Source: the human T2T-CHM13v2.0 reference genome, Homo sapiens
Length of the DNA stretch: 64,000 nt
Assembly: GCF_009914755.1 (NCBI RefSeq)
Contig: NC_060926.1
Strand: one strand, 5' to 3'
In this document: piece after piece, positions 13,551 to 24,348 of the stretch
Layout of the letters: each line of letters starts with the position of its first letter
How positions within the stretch are numbered: the first letter of the stretch is position 1
The notes under the pieces: model-generated
What the model saw: the letters and a program-made list of their open reading frames with translations, nothing else
Databases searched by the model: none
Told to the model about the DNA's origin: nothing
Made by a program: the position numbers and the translations under genes

Positions 13551-14460
13551 GGAAGGTGAATAGTCTAGTTAAAGCCTCCTTTTAGGGACTCTTCTTTGAG
13601 TAGTTTATAGTATTAAGGGTGTGCAGTGGTGGGGATAGGGCAAGCAGAATGGTATTCTTGGCAGAGCATAATGAGAAAACATGGGTCTCCATTTCTGTGT
13701 TTTTGGTGGTGATGCTGAAAATGAATTCGAAATGTTGCTATAACATTTTTTAAAACGTGTGGAAGTCATTGCAGGCCATTTCAATGTTATAGACTTATGG
13801 AGAATACTGGAAATTTCTGGGCATTGAAAAAGTTCCTGTGTATTACTTATGTTTGTTTAAAAGGAGTTGGTCCTCAATTTTACTCAGTGTTTTCTTTTCT
13901 AAAATACTTGAACATATCACCATAAAATCAGTTTGTTAAAAATATAAAGGAAATAGGATACTGGATAACAGTCAGCCGTGGCTTAGTGCAGAATAGTTTG
14001 TCAGAGTGATCTGTATTTTCTAAGGAAGAAGTCTGATAAAGGGAATGACCTGCAAGTTATCCCACCTTGATCTTAACAAAGTTTATGCTTCCGTGCCTTA
14101 CTACTTATTCATCAGTGATTTGGGATATGTTAGACTGAGCACCACAAAAGTTAAATTAGTGCACCATGGGCACATCAGTTTGATGCAGTAGTAAAAGCAG
14201 TGCCAGCCTCTATAGCGCCAGCCTCTGCAGCTGCCACAGGTGTGTTCTAGGGGTCTCTCTGGGCTCAGTGGTCATAAGTAATGTCAATACCAAAGGTTTC
14301 CATGATGCAGTGAATAAGTTGAACTTTTAAGTTTGCCTATAATTCCAAGTTGGGTACATGGCTTTTAAAAAAATTATTGTAATTCAGTGGTCATAATTCA
14401 AGAATTAATCAGAAATGTGAAACCATGCCACATTTGGTGAAGAATATAAAACACCCTGGA

Positions 14461-15560
14461 AATCATTCATCTGTTTATTTCATCCAGCAAGTATTTATGA
14501 AATGCCAGATACATACGTGACACTGTTGTAGTTGTTGAGGATACAGCTCTCATGGAGCTTAACTCCAAAGGGGGACTTGGACTGAAGTCCTGCCACCGGA
14601 ACTCTAGCATGGAGACACTTTCAGCTGTAGCAAGAAACCTTCTGCCATCCCCTAAGTACAGGGAAGACAGAGGCTCCCAGCTCTGTGCCCACCCACATTT
14701 TTATACAGGGCTGAAGGTCCATGGGGAGCCTGGGTGTCATGCACCAAGGGTGTCTCCTAGGTTTCTCAAACTTGAGAGAGCCTGATGGTCACACAGGCAG
14801 TAAATACATAAATAAACAAGAAAATAGCATATGGTATGATAAAAGCTTTGGAAAACAGTAACCAGTATGCTGTGATAGAGAATTACTTGGAAAATTGCTG
14901 TATTCAGGGACCTCAGGGACATATTCTATGAAGGAAGGGCAGTCCAAACTGAAATCTCAAAGCCCAAAGGAGTTTGCCTTATGATGACCTGAGGAGAGAG
15001 AATTCCATATGGACGGAACAGCAACTGCAAAAGCTCTAAGGAGAGAACAAGCTTGGTGTGTTGAAGGACTAGCAAGAAGAAACAGCGTGACCAGAATGGG
15101 GGGGAGGGAGGGGTAAGGGCCAGACCACCTGAGCCCTTGTAGAAGATGATGAGATGTATGGATTTTGTGATGAGTACACAGGAAAGCCATTAAAGGATTG
15201 TGAGCAAAGGTTTGACATGATTTGTCTTTTAAAAGATGAATATGGTGGAAAAAGAGACTGGTTGGGGTAGGGAGATGTAAGAGTATGAACAGAGCTGGCT
15301 GGTAGGGGTTCTTTTAGTAGTTCATGTAAGAGATAATGGGGACTCGTACCTGAGAGCTGGAGATGAAGAGAATTAGGTGCATTCGAGATACCATTGGAAA
15401 TAGAATTAGCAGGAGTTGTTAATATGGATGTTGAGGGAAAGAGAAATCAAAGAGTACTCTTCGATGTGGAGTTTAAGCAAATTGTAGTGCCCTTTACTAG
15501 AGGGAGGACCAGATTTAGGAAGGACCCAGGAGTTTTGGGCAAATTAAATTTGACATCCAC
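14461..15560 (-). mobile_element. L2 3' region, interrupted by a 210-bp insertion
   Basis: L2 tail cattcat...cagcaagtatttatg, then ctcatggagcttaactc. L2 text resumes after 14796 (taaataaacaag...tgataaaagctttggaa). Confidence 0.75.
14588..14796 (+). repeat. Direct repeat copy A (209 bp) of 17957-18166
   Basis: Hand alignment gives about 27 substitutions and 1 indel (about 87% identity). Confidence 0.95.
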
Positions 15561-16069
15561 ATAGAACTATTTGTCACAAGCAATTTTTAAATGTAATTCA
15601 GTAACTCATTAAGTAGAATTCATACATACATGCTCTATGGTGTATAATTACAAAGAGATATCCCTGAGAAAAGTCAAATCTCTCCAGAAAAAGTTATAAC
15701 CTCATCAGGAGTTTGTATAGAAAAATAAGAATAACCTACTTTGCAGTGATTTATCACCAGGCAGAAACTGGCTGAAGAGGTGTCTGTGTTATCCATAAAA
15801 TGTGTTTTCATCATTGCTGCATCACACATCACATGGGTTAGATTGGTGTAGAATATGTGGAACCTAGTGCTGCTTGCACAGTGAACATTTTGCAAAAGGA
15901 GGAAGACACTTAGGGCTTTAGATAATTCTCCTCTGTTTTAGCTGAAAACGTTTGGAGAACGTTGAATGGTTTATGATTTTTGGCTGTTTTGAATTATTTC
16001 CTCTATATAGAGAAAAAATAGACAATCAAAAATTGGCGTGTGATACTATACATCATTGTTTTATATTGA

Positions 16070-16700
16070 GTGGACAAATAAGAACCGTGTTGCATTCATA
16101 AGATGGATAAATCAAGGAAGGTTTTGTGGAGGAACTAGGAATTGGGTCCAACTCTGAGAAATTTGTTGATTGGCTCAGCAGAAGGGAAGGAGAGTTTAAG
16201 AGCAGCCTTGGATAGAAAAGAGAGGACGGACAGAGAGGTACAGATAGGAAGATACTAAGGAGGCCAAATCAGTGGGCTTCAGTGGCTGATTGACTTTCGG
16301 GGATGAAGAAAGGGAAGACTTCCAGATTGTGGGAGGACTATTATCAAGATAAATGCTGGAGAGGAGGTGGTCAGGATAGATTTTGGGAGGATGATAGGAT
16401 ATATTGTGGTGTCATTTATTAGAATGTGAAATACAAGGAGAGCAGCTTTGTGGGAGGTTGGATGAGGTAGGTACTCTGTTTGGTTATGTTTGAGGTATCT
16501 ATGGAGAATCAAGGGGAGGATGAGAGTTACAGGTCTGGAACTCAGAGAGAGATCTGAGCTGGAGATAAGAATTTATGAGTCACCCTCTGAGGGAGACTGT
16601 GGTGTCTAATGACTTTTTGAGTACATAAATGATGTGAGGAGTATGAGCATTTTTAGGAAGATTAATGTGACAGTAATGTGCATAATGGAGGAAAAAAGTG
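16070..16700 (-). mobile_element. L2 fragments
   Basis: caaggaaggttttgtggagg; ctggaactcagagagagatctgagctggagataagaattt. Confidence 0.55.
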
Positions 16701-17956
16701 ACTGGCAATGTTAACACACCAAGAGTGATACCAAGTGTATCTTATACAAAAGGACCCCGTGCAGGGAAGCTGGCACAGGAAGTGACTCCTCTGTTAGCAT
16801 GGTAGAAGAAAATCCAAGGGTTGCTACTGTTAGCCAAGTGAAAGTCTAAAACACAATTGCCAGTGCCCATGATATTGAGATGTATAAAATGGAATACATT
16901 ATTTTAATTAATTGTTAATTGATTGGTTGACTAATTTATACTCCCTTGTTCAAAAAAGCCTTTAAAAGTATCTGACTATAGTAGAGCTGGTCAGACCCAC
17001 ACCTGGAATTAGGGCTAGTTCAGAGTAGAAGCACTGAAATGATTAAGTAATTGGATAGAGAGGTCAAGAAATAGGATTATAGTCATAGACTCTTTCAGTC
17101 CAGAAGGTACTCAGCATTCTCTACAAGTACCTTCCGAGGCGACCGCTTTCAGTTTAGAGCTGCTTTAATTGTTGATTCATTCATGCATTTATTCATGTAT
17201 TCATTCAAAAAGAATGTATTGAGCACATGCCATGTGCCACTACACCTCAGATTCACTAGGGCAAATTTAGTTTGCTTTTACCTGAGGACTATTTTCTAAA
17301 TGACCTAAATTGCAACACATTTTCAATATACTATGGGAGCTTGCTTTGTTTTTTTGTTTTTATATTTTGATTTTACATTGTATGGCTATGTTCTCTGAAA
17401 TGAAACTAATTTTTACACAAAGACTTCTGTTTTATAGCCTTTTTTCTTTTCATTTTTAAAAGCGCAGATAACAGTTGCCTCAGATCATTAACTTAATTAT
17501 CCTGTACTCTAAATTTACTATTTCAGTGCTACCTAAGGAAATGGTAATATCATGAGTTTTTTATTCCATTTTTAGTTTTTTACATTTCACTTATTTCACT
17601 TCCTTTTTTTCTTTACACAAGTAAAGCGTACGTGCTAAATTTTATTCTCGATTGTTACCTCGTCCTTGGTCTAGAGGCTGTAGTACAACCCTGTGCTGTG
17701 TGTGGCCTAATAAAATGTTGTAAATCTTATGTCATCTGTAATGTTTGTCAGTAAACAAATCTTTAGTATTTAGAAAGAAATATTATGCCATTTTTTATTT
17801 ATATAACTTTTTTTCTCAAAAGCATTTTGGGTATTTTTTATGTGCGTGGGAGAAAATGCTCACAGAAAACACCCAAGTAAATGTGATCTGGTGGAGCTGG
17901 GAGTATTAGCATTCATGCCGCCTTTGAAATAGTGCAACAGAATTTCCTCTTAATGT

Positions 17957-18166
17957 TCCTGCCACTAGAACCGCTTCATGGAGACACTTTTCAGCTGTAG
18001 CAAGAAACCTGCTGCCATTGCATAAGTACAGGGAAGACAGAGGCTCCCAGCTCTGCCCCTACCCGCTGTCCCATACGGAGCTGAAGGTCCATGGGGAGCC
18101 TGGGTATCATGCACTGAGGGTGTCTCCTAAGTTTCTCAAACTTGAGAGAGCTTGATGGTCACACAG
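17957..18166 (+). repeat. Direct repeat copy B (210 bp), probable donor
   Basis: See copy A. Its 3' end runs on into a MER5-like element that continues only here. Confidence 0.95.
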
Positions 18167-18270
18167 AGAGCTGGCTTAACTAGGACTAGACTAGGGCTAG
18201 GGAAATCTGCATTTCCAGCAAGCCCCAGGAGAAGCTGCTGCTGCCCATTTTCACCACAGTTTGAGTAGAA
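18128..18270. mobile_element. MER5-family remnant
   Basis: gtttctcaaacttgag...aatctgcatttccagcaagccccagg...caccacagtttgagtag. Confidence 0.65.
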
Positions 18271-19051
18271 AAGTTATAGAGTGTTTATGTGAATCGACTT
18301 CGCTGCACAGAGAAATGGATTTGTTGTGCTGGTGTCAGAGAACATCATATCTTCAAGTAGTCACTGGACCTAATTTTGATTTCCACTACTTCTTTCATTG
18401 TTTTTTTAAAAAAGCATATCTTATACATTGCTTTGCTTCAAATGTTAATACATGGTAATGATTTCATTATGCAATTAAAAAATTTTTTTCTCAAGTAAAT
18501 GTTAAATTAAAAATGAAATATTTCATATTATACAGGACCTCATGGTAAGGGACAAAACAAACCCTGGGACTCGGATGCTGGAAAAATCATTTGCTTTTAA
18601 TAGAGTTGATCCTTTTCATAGGTTTACCCATTTGGTCTTTGCTAAACTTTACAAATATGTCTAAAACTTTATGTCTATGGATTTTTTTTGGCAATTATAT
18701 TGATCTCCTGTATGGCATTAAATGCCATTATTTCAAAATATTTCCTAATATGTTATTGACTGTATTAGAAATAATCATTAATTCACAAAATCAGATATAC
18801 TGAAAATTAAATTATATGTTCTCCAAAAATATAATTGCTGTTTACTATGAGAGTATTATATAGCAGAGTTAAACTAATAAGACAGTCGTTACAAATTATC
18901 ACCACTGTAATTGTTCCATTGGAGGGAGGATGGAAATGGGTGGGTTTTGTACATTTTATAAGGTTTATGAAGTTTAAGGGAAAGGATTTTGGGGAAAGCT
19001 CTTGGCCTTTCCAAACTGCTGTTAATATACTCATTGATAGTGGAATATATG

Positions 19052-19762
19052 ACCTTTGATGGCACTTGGGAAGCTAAAGGAAAAATCAGCTGGGACCTTG
19101 ATGATAACGAGGTCCCTGACCCACCCGGAAGGTGAGGTTAAATGTGTTTTCCTTTGGTCAAGGGAAGGGAATTCCAGATCCTTTGCTCATGTCAGGAAAA
19201 ACCTTTGTGGGGGCCAGGACTTAGTGTTTTAAACTTGATAAGTCTTACTAGTTTAACTCTGCTAATATTTGACCCCTCCCCCCCCCCCAAAAAAAAACAA
19301 AAAAAGATAACCTCTCAAACTGATTCTCTTACTCGTCCTGAAACCAAGCATTCTGTATTGCAAGGGCCATGCCCTCTTTGCTTCAGGACTTTCATGTGTA
19401 CAGATTCCTAAATTTTAAGTTACACAGCTGCTTCATCAAACTTACTCATCATAGATTCTAGTTTTCTTAGGCTAGTTACATCTGAAAGTGGTATTATGCT
19501 TGTGAATGTGTTGCTTTAGCTCATATAATTTGTTTAAAAAGTTTATTTTAGAGGAATCCAGTTAACACTGCTTATCAAGTTTAGAAACACTAAGTCCTGG
19601 CCCCCTCGAAGGTTTTTCCTGACATGAGCAGAGGATCTGGAATTCCCTTCCCTTGACCAAAGGAAAACACGTTTAACCTCACCTTCTGCGTGGGTCAGGG
19701 ATCTCATTATCATCAAGGTCCCAGCTGATTTTTCCTTTAGCTTCCCAAGTGCCATCAAAGGT
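19052..19762. repeat. Long inverted repeat: arms 19052-19242 and 19571-19762, 328-bp spacer
   Basis: The reverse complement of the right arm matches the left arm with 8 substitutions and 1 indel. Confidence 0.97.
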
Positions 19763-20859
19763 ACTTGTTTATAAGGCAGTAAGACCATTATGCAACTTTA
19801 AATTTTATCCCACTCTGTTTGTAAAGACAATCACAAATTGACAATATTCTTTGTCTTTTCTTTTTTGGAGCATATATACAGAAGCACACACACATATACA
19901 TATTCGTGTGTATGTATATGTATATCTGTAAACACAGATATGTAAAGTGACTTTAAAATACAAGTACATGTGTTTCATTTTAAATTCTAGCGATGTCATT
20001 GGGAAAGAAAGTGTAGACAAAGTTACATATTTTTGTAAGTAGTGTACTTTTATTTACGTTGACAGTTAATATTTAAAAATTTTTTGTTACAGATACAAAT
20101 TTTGGGGAGAATTGTCCTTAGAAACATGTTTTAAATCGTTGTTCTGATGTCTTGATAACTGGTACCAGGAAAATAAAAGGGTTACCAAAAGGCAGAAACC
20201 AGTTTCAAATTATCTGGGAAATAAAAACAGGAAACTCAGGGAACTTGGCCTGAGACCAGTTGGAGAGGAGCAGTTGTTGGTTGAATAATTATACCTGCAT
20301 TTTAACTGTTGGAAGTCATACAGCGACCTTCTGGTTGTTGTGATTTCTTGTGCCCGTCAAAAAAAAAAAAAAAAAAGGAAGTCACGATTAAATATCTTAT
20401 GTCCAGTTACCAACAGGAGTGTGAGTGTAAAGGAGCCTCTTTATTCCTACACATTAGGTTACAAAAAGGATTGGTATAAAAAACAAATTTTCCAGTTGAC
20501 ATTTAGAGTGATACTTTCTATACAGTCATCTGTAAACAGCATAATAATGTTCTATACCATTCATTCATGGATTTTTTTTCACCTTCTTCTTTGCTTTAAC
20601 TCTTAACTCTGAGCTTTGAAGCCATCTCTTCTGTCCAAAGATGTGCCTAGTTCAAGCACTTTTCTGTCCTCTTTCCATACCTAATCCCAGGTTGGTTAAA
20701 GGAGCACCAGAAGTTGTAGGTGAGCAGGTTTTGCTACATCTGGGCTTTATTTCAGGATTAAATAGAATGTACTTACTATGTGTTTTTAAAAGAGACTTAT
20801 TGTTAATATTGCAAGGACAAAAACAACCTGACAGGTTGAGCCAGATAAATGGTGTTCTT

Positions 20860-21340
20860 GAGGGCCGTGCCTAAAACTTCACCAACCCAGGATGCCTAAA
20901 AAATGTTGGTCTAATGACTGACCTTAGCAGGGTGACATGTTCACTGCTGGGGTAGCCCTGAGCACTCCTGCGCGTGTTTGTGGTTTCTGACTTGGCTGTA
21001 GGTGACCTCTCAGTTTTTCCCAGGGCTCGGCGTGTGCTCTGTAACACAGAGCTGCTGAGTTGCTGCTTTGCCCAGCTGTGTCCGGCTAAGCCCTGGCCCC
21101 CACAAAGGTTTTTCCTGACATGAGAAAGGATCTGGAATCCCAGCCCGGGAGGCCTTCTGAGCTGCTGGCAAAGGATGCTGTGAGTGGAGACCACTCCCCA
21201 TGGCAGAGCTCCCTTCCCTCTAAGGGGAGCTGGAGCTGTCCCTTCTGTGTCCACAGGGGTTCTCCGCCTCCTGCAGAGCGGAGCTGCAGCCCCAGGCTTG
21301 TCTCCATCAACCAGAGGGTTTGCATAAGCAGGAGCTGTCA
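20860..21340. promoter_or_regulatory. Possible intronic regulatory element (GC- and CpG-enriched patch)
   Basis: Locally high GC with many retained CpGs in an otherwise AT-rich intron, and not a repeat I recognise. Inference only. Confidence 0.3.
21086..21141. repeat. Third partial copy (56 bp) of the inverted-repeat arm
   Basis: ctaagccctggcccccacaaaggtttttcctgacatgagaaaggatctggaatccc is the reverse complement of 19167-19224 with 3 differences. Also visible as the shared peptide SCQEKPLWGPGLS in ORFs 19142+ and 21010-. Confidence 0.95.
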
Positions 21341-24315
21341 GGCAATTAAAACCTCGTTAGTTAGTGTAATTAGTATTCCAAGACCATGATCTGGGATTTT
21401 GGACAACTCAACCAAGCTGGACAGTTTATATCCTGCTTATGAGAAGAAAAAAAAAAAGTCTGTGCAAGGGAAGTTCAAGAAAGAGTCTGGGAGCATAACC
21501 ACTTTAGCATAAACTCACAGACAGTCAAAAAAGTGATCATTTCAAATGTTCTTATAATTTTATCACTATAGGTAAGGAATCTCTATTAGACACTGTGTTT
21601 TTTCTACTCTCCTGTCTTGCCAGTATTATATATTTACTAGTATCTTGATTAAGAGATCCTCAGAGGGGAAAAAAAAAAAGCTCTTTTAAATAAAGAGAGT
21701 TTTAATTAAAAAAGAAAATAATTTGCTAATGGGAGGAAGCAGGGCTGAATGCATACCATCATACGTAAAAATATACCACTAAGCAAAGCCCTACTTTCCT
21801 CCAGTTCTTGTTGAAGGTTAATAGAGCTAACCTTACATGAAAATTGTAAAGATTGCCAAATTTGTCTTTTTCCCACTATGCCCTCCCTATTCTTTTAGTT
21901 TTTTTCCACCTCAGAAGCCCAGCATCATCTTTCTCTCGTTTCCACCAGTAACTATAATCTAGGAAAAATTTTAAATTTAAATTTACCCTTTTTGATTGGT
22001 TGTACCCTAGAGTGTTACCTCTGCCAGCATCCCCACATTTTAATCTTAATTGTGAAATTCATATTGAATTCAATCCAGAAAGAAGGAGCAAGGATTTCTG
22101 CAGTCAATGATACCCCTTCCTGACTGAGCCCTGCTCACTTGGGGAGGATTGTCCTGGGGCTGGCCCATTGCATAGGGGCATTTGAGATGAATATGGAAAG
22201 GACCTCGCCCTAAGAAGTCTAGTGGGAGAGATCATAGACACAAGGAGTTATAATGAGGGTAGAGCAGCCATACCCAGTCTGAATAGTGTTATGCCCGGTA
22301 GACATTCTAGAAGACATTGATAAACAAGAATCAAAGCTAACTTTAATCAGTTTAAAAGCTACTTTGTGATTTATAGACACATATGTTTACTTCTAGAATT
22401 GGCACTTCTTTGTTCTTTGTGAAATGTGTAACTTAAGAAAGGTATTTAGGAGCACTAAAATTAAATATTTGAGTTTTTTTAAAGAAGCATTCTAATAATA
22501 AAATTTGACTCATTCCCTAGTTCATATTGACCTTCACTAAGCATACTGTTCTGGGGCATTTGAATAATTTGTTTCAAAAGCTATGAGACCATTCTTTTAA
22601 TGGTGCATACGCTCTAAGATAAGAATAATGGATTCCCATTGGTTGATGATACATGCAAAGGTAGGGATATACTCTTACAGTGTGCCTTCCTGCTTTTGAT
22701 TCGTGGTTTCTCTTGCTAAGTGTTTTCTGCATCAGGAGGAGGTGACAGCAGTAAGTGGTGCCTGTAAAGTTGGAAAAGGGAAGGAATTAACATGAATTAA
22801 TGTCTGTGTGAGTTTTTAAGGAACTGGAATGTCCCTCTAAATCGAGGATGTGTTTTTTTTGTTTCTGGTTGACAACTTCCTAGTTTTCCTACACTTCATT
22901 ATTCTTTTCTCTGTCACTGGGATTTTTTTTTCAATTTCCCGAAAAGCAAATGAAGTGCTTTATCCTTATCAGTAGCCTTTCTTTTCCTGTTCCAATAACA
23001 AAAGAACAATACAGGAATTTAATAATGTTAAAAAATTGCTGTGTCTTTTTCTTAATATATCCATTTATTTGTCTGCAGATAAAATCCAAGTTTTACAGAC
23101 ATAGAGGAAAGCTGTTTATATAAGTAAAATGAGCTACTATTGTATCTTGTCCTTGTCAGGGTTTTCTTTTTTTGTCTTTTCACCCAGTTTAGAAAGTGGA
23201 TTTTTTTTTTCTCTTTAAAATGTGTGCCCATGTTCTGTTATTAAGAGGAAAAGTCCTGAAAATACAAAGATAGGTGAAAACACTGGTTATCCTCTAACAG
23301 AAGGACACTTTAAAGATTCCTAAAACACATTCTGATCTTGTTTATGTATCTATATTCTATTAAATATTGTTATTTACTCTTCCTGCTGCTTTGGAAAAAA
23401 AAAAAGTCCAATCTGCCTCACAGACCTTTTATAAATATCAGAGTTGTGGTTTTGCAACAGTGTACATGAAAAGACACTTGTTTCAGTGTTTGAGTTCATG
23501 GCAGGGTGCATTAACGTGGCGTCTGCAAGTATCCTTGAAGCCACATTGAGGAGGGAACTTGGGACTTGTTCCATGGTGGTCCTGCTCTGACCTCAGAGGA
23601 CCTTGCTTGCTGACTTTTTTAAGGCATGAAACAAATTCTCATATTCTCAGTCGTGTCTGACGCAGATCTGGGTACTAGTCAGGGTTCTAAACTGCCTAAA
23701 TAAATATCTTGCATATAACATCTAAAGTGACATTTATCTCTGTGGTACTAAAAAGAAAATACTATTCCACTTACATGTTCTTGGTGCCCTTTGGCATTTT
23801 GATTGCTAATTACAATAGGACCTTCAGATTGCCTTCTGATTGAGACCTAACTTATTTCTGTTTCATCTGGAATTTTTCAAATACAATTATTATGTGGTGT
23901 TAACACTTCATTGCAGCATGGAACTCCCAAAAATGTTGTGTATATATTCTTTCATGCCTCTCAGCCTGGCTTCATGTCTGTCTAGGTACAGGTCTTATTA
24001 TAATGTTGCCCTTGGGGGTCCTTTTGATATATCAAGAACTAAACCTCTTTAGTCAGGAGAGTGTATTCTGTATGGATTTATAATAAATAGTCTGTGTTCA
24101 TATGCATAGGAAATAATGCATTTTCTGAAAAAAATTATGCATGTCACTTGTATTTTTTGTACTTTATGTGCCGGAAGAACATTGTATACAAATATGTCCC
24201 ATGTGCATGTATGAATTTATATAGCTACATGTATATAAGCACATATACATCCATGATGATATCATAGGTAATATGTGGAAATAAGTGCAACCATGTGATT
24301 ATTTTTATCTTATTC

Positions 24316-24317
<2 letters not shown>

Positions 24318-24346
<29 letters not shown>
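24318..24346. repeat. (TG)14 microsatellite
   Basis: Directly visible. Confidence 0.95.

Positions 24347-24348
<2 letters not shown>

Noticed and set aside
19052-19762. Inverted repeat as a DNA transposon with long TIRs
   Set aside because: No TSD and no recognisable terminal motif, and part of the arm recurs locally at 21086. Not fully excluded without a Dfam search.
19142-21201. Shared peptide SCQEKPLWGPGLS in two ORFs as a paralogous protein family
   Set aside because: Explained by the 56-bp DNA duplication. The flanking translations are unrelated.
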